A stretch of 24,000 bases of DNA from contig JAUVSF010000012.1 of the NCBI GenBank assembly GCA_030597245.1, forward strand, positions 3,592 to 27,591, given 5' to 3'. The notes beneath the pieces were generated by a model that was given only the letters and a program-made list of their open reading frames with translations, did not search any database and was not told the DNA's origin. The position numbers were made by a program, and so were the translations under genes. This document shows positions 7,038-16,093 of the stretch, piece by piece. Position 1 is the first letter of the stretch, and each line of letters starts with the position of its first letter. Source of the stretch: Acidobacteriota bacterium (GTDB lineage: Bacteria; Acidobacteriota; UBA6911; RPQK01; JAPXNP01).

Positions 7038-10000
7038 GGTCTCCAGCCACCAGAATTCGAATTTGATCTCCCGGTTGGGGAAAAGCCGGCACAAGGCTGA
7101 AACGTACACCGATTCCTGGGTTTCGTAGCTGGAGGGAAGTTGTTGTGGCTTTTTACCGGTCTTATAGTCGATTGCGCAGATCTGTGAACCCTCGTCTAGG
7201 ATCAAGTCAATAACCCCATGCCAGGGCCGATCGTTGAGATATACATAAAATGGCACTTCTCGCCCCAGAATTCGTCCAGTCTGAAGTCGCTCACAATAGG
7301 GGCGACCCGTTTCATCGGCTGACTTGCCTCCGAAGAAGGCGAGAAGGATAGTCCTAACCCTCTCGAAGAGCTCGGGATCAACTGCACCTTGAACGCTCCT
7401 CGAAGCCAGAGTGAGAAGCGTTGACTCATCCAGCTCGCGACCGCCTTCGTGCCGCTCAAGGTAGGCGTGAGTCAGGTCGCCGACCTTTAACCCGAATTCC
7501 ACAGCTTCGGGTCGGAATTGCCGAAGGGTCCGTGTGGCCACGGCTGATGTGGGAGCTTTGTCTGTAGGGCGAAACAGGGTCTTGCCGGAGCTCATGGAGA
7601 GTGAGGCGTAGCGTGATTGCCATATTTCTTGATATCGGGAAGAATCCAGTTCCAGCGCCGGCGGGCTGGGCGGGCTCAGTTGACGCTGCACAGCTTTGTA
7701 TTCGCATATGTTCAGGTGAGACCTGGTTCCTCTTCTACGCTCGGTGTCGAGGTACCCGTCAATCTCCTGAGGCAATAGACTCGGGGGTGGAGTCAGGATC
7801 ACGAGCAGGTCTCTGGCCCGGGTCGCTGCGACGTACGCAAGTCGGCTGGCTTCCTCCATCTCCTGTATTTGTTCAATCTCAAGGGCTTTTTCATAAGTCG
7901 GCGTCGTAACCTCCAGTGGCCCCCACTTCATTGAGAGTGCCCGGACGGCTCGACCGTTGGAATCTGTGACCGCAATAGTCTCCGCTCCGCTACGCCGGTT
8001 AGGTTTGAGGGCATCGGACAGGATCGGCGTCCACCCGTAGAGGATTACATATTTGGCCTCCAATCCTTTGGCCTTATGCACCGTCATGATCCTGACCGCT
8101 TCGATGCTTTCATCAAAGATACTGACATCTTCACCCAGTGCAGCATCCCAACTATCGGCTCTGGACGCTCTGTGTCGCTGCTTCAGGAGCCAAACCAGAG
8201 GAGGAACCATCCCCTGGGAACACACTTTCTCGAAATCGCCGAGAACTTTGTCCATCCGAGCCACAGAGCGCCCTTCGGCGTCCGTCGAGTGCGTGTAATG
8301 GGCCTTTGGGATAAGTAAGGCGGCTTCTTGCAGCCAATCGGCGAGAATTCGATCATGCCTTGTCACGGCAAGCTTTCTGAGAATCTGAATTCTCGCGAGC
8401 GCGGATTGTGGCAGGAAGTCGGGAAGGGGATCCTTGCTGAAAATGATCCGGCGAGGTTGCATCATGGATAACAGCTGGTGGATCTCGTCATCCCGGAGGC
8501 CGATGATGGGGCTCCGGAGTAGAGCGGCTGTGGAAACTGAATCGTGGGGATTGTGGAGACAGATGAGGAGATTCAGGACGTCCAGGACCTCTTGATGCCT
8601 GTAGAAGGTTCGGGTACCCGTCGATAGCACCGGTAGGCCTGCCTCCTGAAGGGCTGGAAGGAGCGCTTCGAGCTCACGCTTGTTTCGAGTGAGAACGAGG
8701 ATGTCTTTATAGGGTGGCTCACCTGTGTTCGCGCCCTCCAGGTATTCCGTGATCAGATTGACTGTAGTGACGGCAAGGGCCTGCCTCACCTCTTCTGCAC
8801 TGGGTTTGTTCTTGGCAGATTCGGGCTTGACAATGACCCAACGTGGTTTAGGGGACTCGGACTTTCTGAAGGGTATGAGCTGCTGTGACTCGTCTGCCAG
8901 GTGAAATGAACTGGAAAAGAACCCGTTGACAAAGTTGCAAATCGATTGGGTATTTCTAAATGTTGTTTTCAGTATGGACTTGCATACCGGCATTCGGCAG
9001 TTTGAGCGAGTTTGAAATTCATCGAAAAAGCGCTGAATCGAGGGAACGTCGGTTCCGCGAAATCGGTAGATCGATTGTTTAATGTCGCCCACGAAGAACC
9101 CCAGGACCTCATGGTTAGAGCCTTTGGGCCTGTGGAGAAGGTTCCCGAGAAGCTCGAGTTGAAGGGGGTCCGTATCCTGGAACTCATCTACCAGCAGGGC
9201 CCTTAGTCTTCTCGACTCCTGGCGCCGCACGTCGGGGTGCTCCCTGAGCATCTGGGCGGAGAGTCTGATCATGTCGTCGAAACTGACAAGGCCGAGCAGG
9301 CGGATTGAAGCGTGGGTGGACCAGGCGGAGAAGCTCTTTAAGACACGAATCCAGGCAGACCAGGCGGTCAAGAGCGTACCGCTCAAAGTGCTGCCAAGCG
9401 TGATCGAGTAGAGTGAGTAGTAGGATTCAAAAAACCTTGCATGATCCCGGACCAGCGAGCCAATCGATTCGTTGACCCCTTTCGGGGTACCCGAACCGTT
9501 GAGGAACAGGTAGTTTTTCTCTCTTCTCACGAGTTGAGTCAATGACTGCCAGCCGGCAGGATCTCCGGCCTTCACATCGTCGGTGTACTCGAGCATTTCC
9601 GCCGCCAGGCGACTTGCCTTCGATGTTGCAGGTAGGGCCCTGGCCAGTGCCTCAATTGCGGCGATCGCTCTGCGCTGTTCCGACGGCTCGATCTGTGCGA
9701 GCGATTCGATCTCTGTGGCGATCCATGGTTCTGAGTAGACCGCCTCCATACAGGCCTTGATGTCACCAACACCTACGGCTCTCATAACCTCTGCAAGGTC
9801 AGCCTGGATTTCGGGGTTGTTCCAGGCCTGCGTTTGCCACCAGCGATCAACAACCTCTTCTTCGATCCCGCTCACATCGTCTTCGTCTTCCTGGGCAAAA
9901 CGAGTCCCTGGTGGGATCTGGCTCTGTAGCGGATGGCGACGAAGGATCCCTGTTGCAAAGCTGTGGATGGTCGATATCTGAAGCTCACTGGCCCTTTCGG

Positions 10001-10448
10001 CCAGAGCTTCTGCGCCTTTGCGAAGATGCTCGAAATCCTTAGACGGGAGACCGGAAAGGATGTCATGAATGATCTTGACAAGGAGGGGATCCTTTTGGGC
10101 TTGAGGGGAAGTCTCCAGGGCGCTCAGGCTCTTGGCGGTCGATATCAGATCGAGGTATCGATAGAGTCGAACCTGCATTTCCGCTGCTGCCTTGCGAGTA
10201 AAGGTAGTAAGCACGATTGGTCGGATAATGGTGCTCGCTGCACGAAGACGACGGACGCGATCTTCGGATAGATAGAGTTCCTTTGAGGCCCACTTCAGTA
10301 GCAGGTAGAGTGCTCGCAGAGCCAACGTGTGTGTCTTCCCGGTCCCGGCACTTGCCCAGACGAAGGCGTGGCCCCTGGCGGTGATCGCTGCCAGGCGCTG
10401 GCCCTCATCTTCGACGTTTGTGTCTTGAATTGGGTTCGCGTTATCCAT
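7035..10448 (-). CDS. addA: AddA-type ATP-dependent helicase/nuclease (UvrD/REP superfamily 1 helicase with C-terminal PD-(D/E)XK nuclease)
   Basis: 1137 aa. Helicase motifs: Walker A ASAGTGKTHTL, Ia TFTRKAAAEM, II LLVDEFQDTD, III VGDIKQSIYRFRG, V MTVHKAKGLEAKYVIL, VI YVAATRARDLLVIL. C-terminal nuclease VIDLILDEG..CAIDYKTGKK followed by QESVYV. The ATG overlaps the addB stop by 8 nt (ATGGATAA). Confidence 0.9.
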   Translation of the reverse strand: MDNANPIQDTNVEDEGQRLAAITARGHAFVWASAGTGKTHTLALRALYLLLKWASKELYLSEDRVRRLRAASTIIRPIVLTTFTRKAAAEMQVRLYRYLDLISTAKSLSALETSPQAQKDPLLVKIIHDILSGLPSKDFEHLRKGAEALAERASELQISTIHSFATGILRRHPLQSQIPPGTRFAQEDEDDVSGIEEEVVDRWWQTQAWNNPEIQADLAEVMRAVGVGDIKACMEAVYSEPWIATEIESLAQIEPSEQRRAIAAIEALARALPATSKASRLAAEMLEYTDDVKAGDPAGWQSLTQLVRREKNYLFLNGSGTPKGVNESIGSLVRDHARFFESYYSLYSITLGSTLSGTLLTAWSAWIRVLKSFSAWSTHASIRLLGLVSFDDMIRLSAQMLREHPDVRRQESRRLRALLVDEFQDTDPLQLELLGNLLHRPKGSNHEVLGFFVGDIKQSIYRFRGTDVPSIQRFFDEFQTRSNCRMPVCKSILKTTFRNTQSICNFVNGFFSSSFHLADESQQLIPFRKSESPKPRWVIVKPESAKNKPSAEEVRQALAVTTVNLITEYLEGANTGEPPYKDILVLTRNKRELEALLPALQEAGLPVLSTGTRTFYRHQEVLDVLNLLICLHNPHDSVSTAALLRSPIIGLRDDEIHQLLSMMQPRRIIFSKDPLPDFLPQSALARIQILRKLAVTRHDRILADWLQEAALLIPKAHYTHSTDAEGRSVARMDKVLGDFEKVCSQGMVPPLVWLLKQRHRASRADSWDAALGEDVSIFDESIEAVRIMTVHKAKGLEAKYVILYGWTPILSDALKPNRRSGAETIAVTDSNGRAVRALSMKWGPLEVTTPTYEKALEIEQIQEMEEASRLAYVAATRARDLLVILTPPPSLLPQEIDGYLDTERRRGTRSHLNICEYKAVQRQLSPPSPPALELDSSRYQEIWQSRYASLSMSSGKTLFRPTDKAPTSAVATRTLRQFRPEAVEFGLKVGDLTHAYLERHEGGRELDESTLLTLASRSVQGAVDPELFERVRTILLAFFGGKSADETGRPYCERLQTGRILGREVPFYVYLNDRPWHGVIDLILDEGSQICAIDYKTGKKPQQLPSSYETQESVYVSALCRLFPNREIKFEFWWLET

Positions 10449-13400
10449 TTTCTATCTCTATGCCGGAAAAGCGTCCAGGGGCCTTCCGGTGAAGGAATTT
10501 CATACTCAAGGAACTCCTGCCGAACTCGAAACGACGACAGAGTGAATCGAAGTTACACCCCATGCAGGGTCTTACTTTGTCGAAACCAATCTCTTCGAAT
10601 GCCTGGTTTGAAGTCGGAAAGAAAAACCCTCCTCTCAACAGTTCGGCTAAAGACTCGATCAGGTTGGGCGCGTATGACTCTGACGCGATAGACTCTTCTG
10701 CCGGCGGCTGCTCACCCAGGAAAATGTAGCAAAACTCGGGGACCTCTTCGGTCCCTGACTGAGTCATGTAGAGGAGAGGATAGAGGAGTGGCTGCAGGAA
10801 GAAACCGAGGCCGAGAGCCTGTTCCTTGGCCTTGGTGCTTTTCCAGGGGAGGCGTCCACTTTTGTAATCGATAATCCGAATGCTCTCACCCCATCTATCG
10901 ATCCGGTCCATCTGGCCTGAGAGTCTGATTGAGCCCAGCGCGGGAACCACTTCTCTCGCCATGACTTCGGTTTGAAGGGGGATTCCATCAAAACACTCGC
11001 CCTTAACGATTGCCTGGAGGTAGGAGTGTACTGTTTCGCTAAGCCGCGCTTCACAGGCTGCCCTGAACACGGCAGGTCGTAAACGGAACTCGATTTCAGC
11101 TTCGCCGATCGCAGAGCGGATGTGATGTTCCAGCCGGTCTGCTTCTTTGTCCAGGAGTCGAGTGGCGGTGCTTTTCAGGTTCTCTCGAGACCCCTCAACT
11201 GGGCGTAGGGCGTTCTCGAGGACTTTGTGTACAAGACTCCCCCAAGTAAGAGGGTCAAGCTCCTCGAGGCTTTCAGGGGGGGCAATCGATTCGAGGTAGG
11301 CAATGTTCGATGCCCAGAACCGAAACGGGCAACGAGCGAGTGTTTCAAATCGAGTGACGCTCACGCGTTGGTTTGGGATGTCCTCGGTAAACGCAGCAGA
11401 CGCGATTGCTCCATACCAATCGACTCGACGCTCAATTCGAGTGACCGGCTCCAGAACTTGTCCCCCGGGTCCAAGCCTCGGTCGAGGGAAGTCACGGTCA
11501 AGAAAGTCAGCAAAACGGGGAGGAAGCATCGAACCCGTCCGGGGGTCCAGGGCGTACAGGTATCGAGCTTGCTCAATAGGACTACGAGGGATTCGACTGG
11601 GCCCTGATTCTGTGGAAGTTGGGTTCCTCAACTGCTGTAGATAACGTAAAACCCATGGATTCGGCGATACGCCGCGCCCGGTTTCATCTGTTTCGGGGAT
11701 GACCCAATGGACCCTGTCGGCCGAGGTGTTCAATAAAAAAAAGAGGAGGCTCATCTCGTCTGTAGCGTGGGATTTAACCGGGAGACGATGGCCAACTTGG
11801 CCTGCCTTCCTCCTGAGGCGCCTCCGCGATTCGTCTGAAAGGAGAGGATCTTCCTCGATCCGGCTGGGAAATCTGTTGGAGGACAGACCGAGAAGCACAA
11901 CGGCACCGCCTGTTAAGCCGCGCGCCCGCATGAGCGGTACCAGCAGGACTCCTGGCCGGTCAACCGGGTCGGAGAAAGTTTCATCCTGGACTGCTGCCTC
12001 CAGGATTAACGCCAGGGCCTCGCGAGGGATAAGCGTTTCTGATCTGATTCCCGCGACTGCCTCGGAAATGGGAGTGATGATCGTCGGGTCCTCCAGCCAG
12101 GAAGCCATCGATTCCAGAAGGTCGAGCACCTCTCGGGCTGAGAACGAAACCTGTCGCCGTGAGACCAGGCTAGCCACTTGCTTAACGAACTGGCTTTCCT
12201 CGATCGTGAAGGAAAGAGTTTCCCTCAGCTCTTCCTCGGTTTTCTCTTTGCAGAACTCCGAGAGAGCCTCCCACGAAAACCCCCCGGTCACGGGCAAGTT
12301 TCTGATGATGGATTCGAAATGATCGAGATAAAAGCCGAACCGTCGAGCAACGCCGGGAAAGTCTCGCAGGTATGTCAGCACCCAATCGAGTGGAGCTCCT
12401 TCACTCCAGATTCTATATAGCTGCTGCAGGGGATTGATCTGCTTCTGTGCCGTCAGGGGTAGGTCTGCTACCCTCAGCGGAATTGCGAAATCAGCAAATA
12501 CCTCGGCGACGGTCCCGTAATAAGTTTCGATATCGGGTGCCACAAGCAGAATATCGTCCGGTGAGATTCCCGGATCTGAATCCATCCATGTGCGGATTCT
12601 CTGTGCCACCGAGACAACTTCGGCTTGAATCCCTGAGGCGTGTTGGAAAGTCAGGCGGTCAGGTTGGGCCGGAACTTCTCCCTCAGGGTAGCTCTGAAGG
12701 AAGAAGGAGGTGGCTCGGTCAGCAGGTATCTCAGCAGTGCGCGTCTCGATCAACGAGGACCCGAGTCTGATCTTCAGGTCATCCAGGACTGGTCGAGAGA
12801 AAGAGAAGGCAGGGTGGCAGTCGCGGCCTTCCACGAACGGATAATAGAGATCGACAGAACACTGTTTTCCGAGGGCTGCAATTGTCTCGAGGTTGATATC
12901 AGTAAAATCATAGAATCCGTGGAGATAGAGTCTTGGAGTCTGGCCTGCTTCGGCTGACATAGCCTGGTAGAGACCTTCCACTGAACTCTCGAGAATCCAG
13001 GTTGGCAGTGCCTGTTGTTGTAGCGGTTCCCAAGTCAGGTCGGAAGCGTCGAGAATGGCAATCCAACTCAGGTAGAGAAGAAGAGTCCCGCGCTCCAAGG
13101 GGGTCAGGTCGGGCTCGCTTGCCAGTTCTGCCAGGATCTCCAGCTGATCGGGGCCAAATCCACCGTCAGCCAGGTCAAGAAAGGTTGGCCGTAAGTAGGC
13201 AAAACTGGTTGAGTTTTCCTTTAATATGGGCAGGCCGCTCTTGGGGGCCGCTTCTGCAACCAATTCCATCAAGAGAAGATCCTGAGCAGGTTCCCACCTT
13301 GAGCCCTTCGTCCGGAAAGCTCGTTCGCCAAGGTTGTTCAGAAATCGAGAAAGGGGGAGAACGCGGACTCCTCCCAGCGGTGCGACCCGAGTCTTCTGAG

Positions 13401-13554
13401 CGAGTTGTCTGCGGAGGCTGTTTGCAGAAGTCGATGTTGGAGTCAGCACCCATCTTGGGGACAGAGGATCGATTTCGTTACAATTGTAGAGGTCGGAGAT
13501 CAGTTGTTCCTGAAGCTGCCGGAATGAGGGGGCATGAATCAGATTAACCGCCAT
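10441..13554 (-). CDS. addB: AddB-type helicase-nuclease subunit B (inactive helicase-like N-terminus, Fe-S cluster, PD-(D/E)XK nuclease C-terminus)
   Basis: About 1037 aa from ATG 13554, which has GGAG 9 nt upstream. The track's GTG 13590 has no SD. Nuclease motif GQMDRIDRWGESIRIIDYKSGR. Four Fe-S cysteines in the AddB pattern: ARCPFRFW upstream and PCMGCNFDSLC (C-x2-C-x5-C) downstream. I found no GxGKT Walker A. Gene order addB-addA with overlap. Confidence 0.85.
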   Translation of the reverse strand: MAVNLIHAPSFRQLQEQLISDLYNCNEIDPLSPRWVLTPTSTSANSLRRQLAQKTRVAPLGGVRVLPLSRFLNNLGERAFRTKGSRWEPAQDLLLMELVAEAAPKSGLPILKENSTSFAYLRPTFLDLADGGFGPDQLEILAELASEPDLTPLERGTLLLYLSWIAILDASDLTWEPLQQQALPTWILESSVEGLYQAMSAEAGQTPRLYLHGFYDFTDINLETIAALGKQCSVDLYYPFVEGRDCHPAFSFSRPVLDDLKIRLGSSLIETRTAEIPADRATSFFLQSYPEGEVPAQPDRLTFQHASGIQAEVVSVAQRIRTWMDSDPGISPDDILLVAPDIETYYGTVAEVFADFAIPLRVADLPLTAQKQINPLQQLYRIWSEGAPLDWVLTYLRDFPGVARRFGFYLDHFESIIRNLPVTGGFSWEALSEFCKEKTEEELRETLSFTIEESQFVKQVASLVSRRQVSFSAREVLDLLESMASWLEDPTIITPISEAVAGIRSETLIPREALALILEAAVQDETFSDPVDRPGVLLVPLMRARGLTGGAVVLLGLSSNRFPSRIEEDPLLSDESRRRLRRKAGQVGHRLPVKSHATDEMSLLFFLLNTSADRVHWVIPETDETGRGVSPNPWVLRYLQQLRNPTSTESGPSRIPRSPIEQARYLYALDPRTGSMLPPRFADFLDRDFPRPRLGPGGQVLEPVTRIERRVDWYGAIASAAFTEDIPNQRVSVTRFETLARCPFRFWASNIAYLESIAPPESLEELDPLTWGSLVHKVLENALRPVEGSRENLKSTATRLLDKEADRLEHHIRSAIGEAEIEFRLRPAVFRAACEARLSETVHSYLQAIVKGECFDGIPLQTEVMAREVVPALGSIRLSGQMDRIDRWGESIRIIDYKSGRLPWKSTKAKEQALGLGFFLQPLLYPLLYMTQSGTEEVPEFCYIFLGEQPPAEESIASESYAPNLIESLAELLRGGFFFPTSNQAFEEIGFDKVRPCMGCNFDSLCRRFEFGRSSLSMKFLHRKAPGRFSGIEIENG

Positions 13555-13746
13555 TAACACAGTCTCCAGCTGCCGACAAGAACCAAACACATAACGCTAA
13601 CAACGTTCTCTGACAGTAGGGCAGCTTGGCTCACATGAGTCCTTTGGACTATTCTGAGGGGAGTCCGAGTAGATGATTCCAATTGCAGTTCTTTGGGAGA
13701 CGGTGTTTGGGAGCCATGCTGATACGGTAGTGAAAGGTAGACGATT

Positions 13747-14397
13747 GTGACAAGTCCGAAGGGCTCTGTTTTGATCCTCGCCTCCGTTTCACCGCGGCGG
13801 AAGGAACTGCTGTCCAGGCTCGGTTACCCGTTCGAAGTTCTCGAAAGTGGAGTCTTGGAGGACGAACCGCCCGGGATGACACCACGGGAAACCGTGCAAT
13901 ATCTCGCATCTTTGAAGGCGGACTCTGTCGCGGATACGGGGACGCTGGAGGATGGGATTATCCTGGCGGCTGATACCGTGATCGATCTCGACGGGCGCAT
14001 CTTGGGGAAGCCCGGAGACCATGGCGATGCGGTCCGGATATTGAAGGAGCTCGGGGGCCGGACTCACCGAGTAGTTACCGGGGTTTGTTTGCTCACCTCC
14101 TGTAAAAGAAAACGTTCATTGTTCTCTGTGGCGACAGACGTAAACATGAAAGCCTACTCAGATGAAGAGATCGGCGTTTACGTTGAAAGTGGAGAGCCGA
14201 TGGACAAGGCAGGGGCCTATGCGGTACAGGGGCTCGGGGGAAATCTGGTGGCTTCTGTGCAAGGCTGTTACAACAATGTCGTAGGCCTCCCCTTGTGTGA
14301 AGTTGTGCGTCATCTCACCTCCTTTGGCCTTCCCCTGGACCCACACCGTGCCTATTGTACGTTGCCTTCTGGAGAACCTTGTCCGGGGGAGCGGTAA
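13747..14397 (+). CDS. maf: Maf-like nucleoside triphosphate pyrophosphatase (septum formation protein Maf)
   Basis: 216 aa with a GTG start. ILASVSPRRKELL, ADTVIDLDGRILGKP, RTHRVVTGVCL and DKAGAYAVQG are classic Maf blocks. The TAA stop (14395-14397) lies inside the first GGTAATC repeat unit. Confidence 0.9.
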   Translation: MTSPKGSVLILASVSPRRKELLSRLGYPFEVLESGVLEDEPPGMTPRETVQYLASLKADSVADTGTLEDGIILAADTVIDLDGRILGKPGDHGDAVRILKELGGRTHRVVTGVCLLTSCKRKRSLFSVATDVNMKAYSDEEIGVYVESGEPMDKAGAYAVQGLGGNLVASVQGCYNNVVGLPLCEVVRHLTSFGLPLDPHRAYCTLPSGEPCPGER

Positions 14398-14502
14398 TCG
14401 GTTATCGGTGATCGGTGATCGGTAACCACAAAGTCACTAAATCACAAGAAGTTCTTAGTTGTGGTTTTGTGCTGGATCACCGATAAGCGTTAACCGATCA
14501 CC
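14393..14502. repeat. 110-bp fold-back element built from heptamer arrays (GGTRATC x5 / GATYACC x4) with an inner 8-bp inverted repeat
   Basis: Left arm: GGTAATC GGTTATC GGTGATC GGTGATC GGTAACC (14393-14427). Inner inverted repeat: AACCACAA (14424-14431) / TTGTGGTT (14459-14466). Right arm: GATCACC GATAAGC GTTAACC GATCACC (14475-14502). Confidence 0.9.
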
Positions 14503-14571
14503 GACTTGGTGCTTCCTGGCTGCCCCAGATACAGGTTCCGGGTAGAATAGTGACCTTCAAGGACGGTCAAG

Positions 14572-15351
14572 ATGAGAGGTGCAACTGAAAAAGTAGCCAT
14601 TCCGGGACATACTGGTCTCGACCTGGCAGGGGTTCTCCACAGCCCTGAAGGGTCGGTTGTAAAAGGCACCCTGGTATTCTGTCACTGCTTCACCTGCTCT
14701 AAGGACTACAAGCTGCTGGTCTGGTTGGCAAGGGAACTTGTTCAGAAGAGCTATCGTGTCCTCCGTTTCGATTTTACGGGACTGGGCAACAGCAAAGGAG
14801 AGTTTCGAGATTCAACGCTTTCGACCGACGTTCTGGACCTGATTGAGGTGGTTAACTGGCTGGAACGCCGGGGCAACACGGTAGCCGGGTTACTGGGGCA
14901 TTCTCTTGGCGGTACGGTTGCCATTCTTGGAGCTGGGCAGCTCTCCGCGGTGAAGCCCGTAATCGTTATGGGAACATCGCATGACCCGGAAAGGGTTACG
15001 AGATTGCTGGACCAGAAGGGTTGGCAGACGTTGCGAGACAAGGGGTACGTTGCGGTGAGAGTCGGAGGACAGGAACTCCCGTTCAGCCGGAAATTTGTAC
15101 AGGACCTCAAGGCTCACTCCCTGAAGGAAACAGTCTTTTCGTGGGACAATGCGCTTTTGATTGTCCACGGTACGGCCGATAGCATTGTTCCCCTGTCCAG
15201 TGCGGAGGAACTCTTCGAAGCTGCCGGCTATCCGAAGGCGTTCGTCTCGATTCCCGGCGCAGACCATCTGTTTGTCAATAACAGGTCCCAGGCGTCGAAC
15301 ATCGCAACCATCATTGACCAATGGGTACAACTAAACGGAGGCAAAGGATGA
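14572..15351 (+). CDS. alpha/beta hydrolase (serine hydrolase)
   Basis: 259 aa. Nucleophile elbow GHSLGG, acid HGTADSIVP, His in GADHLF. It resembles the hydrolase domains found fused to OsmC in other bacteria. AGGA lies upstream of the ATG. Confidence 0.8.
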   Translation: MRGATEKVAIPGHTGLDLAGVLHSPEGSVVKGTLVFCHCFTCSKDYKLLVWLARELVQKSYRVLRFDFTGLGNSKGEFRDSTLSTDVLDLIEVVNWLERRGNTVAGLLGHSLGGTVAILGAGQLSAVKPVIVMGTSHDPERVTRLLDQKGWQTLRDKGYVAVRVGGQELPFSRKFVQDLKAHSLKETVFSWDNALLIVHGTADSIVPLSSAEELFEAAGYPKAFVSIPGADHLFVNNRSQASNIATIIDQWVQLNGGKG

Positions 15352-16004
15352 TTAAGGGTGTCATCTTCGATATGGATGGAGTTCTCCTCGATAATGTTGA
15401 GTATCATCTCGAAGCCTTTCGGCTTTTTGGAGAAGAGCAGGGCAAGTCACTGACGAGAGAGAATATTCAGTCCGTTTTCGGCCGGAAGAACTGGGATATG
15501 TTGGAGGTTCTCCTGGAACGTCGTCTGGAAAAAGATGAGGCCGATCGCCTCGCGGATCGAAAGGAAGAACTTTACCGCCAACTTGTACTTTCCGAGTTGC
15601 AGGAAGCTGTGGTCAAGGGGTTGCCCGAGTTTCTGGAGTCCCTCGAGAAGGAAGGGGTGCCCATGGCCGTAGCGACGAGTGGTCCCATTGAGAATGTCGA
15701 TATGGTATTTGACGGGCTCGGAATCCGTTCCAGGTTTAGCGCCGTTGTGACCGGTGATCAGGTGCAGCACGGTAAACCTCATCCGGAAGCCTTTTTGACG
15801 GCGGCGGCGTTCCTTAACCTGTCGCCTGCAGATTGTGTTGTCTTCGAAGATTCGGTCTCAGGAATCAATGCCGCTCTGAGTGCCGGATGTACGTGTGTGG
15901 CAGTTGCAACGACTCATGAAGAGGAGGAACTCAAAGCGCTGTCACCTCATCTTGTGATTTTGGATTTCCAGGATTTCCACCCAGACCGGTTGCAAGAACT
16001 ATAG
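15348..16004 (+). CDS. HAD-IA family hydrolase, beta-phosphoglucomutase-like phosphatase
   Basis: From ATG 15348 (GGAG at 15337-15340; ATGA overlap with the upstream stop) the protein reads MIKGVIFDMDGVLLDN (motif I DxDG). VATSG is motif II, GKPHPEAF motif III, FEDSVSGINAALSAG motif IV. The track's 15321 start is an upstream extension. Confidence 0.88.
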   Translation: MIKGVIFDMDGVLLDNVEYHLEAFRLFGEEQGKSLTRENIQSVFGRKNWDMLEVLLERRLEKDEADRLADRKEELYRQLVLSELQEAVVKGLPEFLESLEKEGVPMAVATSGPIENVDMVFDGLGIRSRFSAVVTGDQVQHGKPHPEAFLTAAAFLNLSPADCVVFEDSVSGINAALSAGCTCVAVATTHEEEELKALSPHLVILDFQDFHPDRLQEL

Positions 16005-16011
16005 GGTGCGT

Positions 16012-16025
16012 TGCCCAAAAGGGCA
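16012..16025 (+). terminator. Short hairpin after the HAD gene (weak terminator candidate)
   Basis: TGCCC-aaaa-GGGCA, 8 nt after the TAG stop. There is no T-tract, so the call is weak. Confidence 0.25.
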
Positions 16026-16035
16026 TCCCACGCAA

Positions 16036-16056
16036 GCTCGAAGTCCGAAGCTCGAA
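16036..16056. repeat. Heptamer tandem array, 3 units GNTCGAA
   Basis: GCTCGAA GTCCGAA GCTCGAA. Same CGAAGCT/AGCTTCG family as 22774-22787 and 20527-20645. Confidence 0.7.
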
Positions 16057-16093
16057 ACAAGCGGGAGTTATGGTTTAATCAGGTAATAGGCTC

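Noticed and set aside
11699-12322. 207-aa plus-strand ORF and an AAAAAAAAGAGGAGG motif resembling a strong SD inside addB
   Set aside because: No start codon lies at 4-12 nt from the GGAGG. The ORF is antisense to AddB and S/R-rich, so it is judged spurious.
7035-13554. UvrD-like helicase plus nuclease pair as a novel anti-phage defence system (Gabija-like or similar)
   Set aside because: Both proteins carry the full canonical AddA and AddB signatures, including the AddB four-Cys Fe-S pattern and the overlapping addB-addA order. There is no TOPRIM/ATPase partner and no mobile or defence-island context. This is housekeeping recombinational repair.
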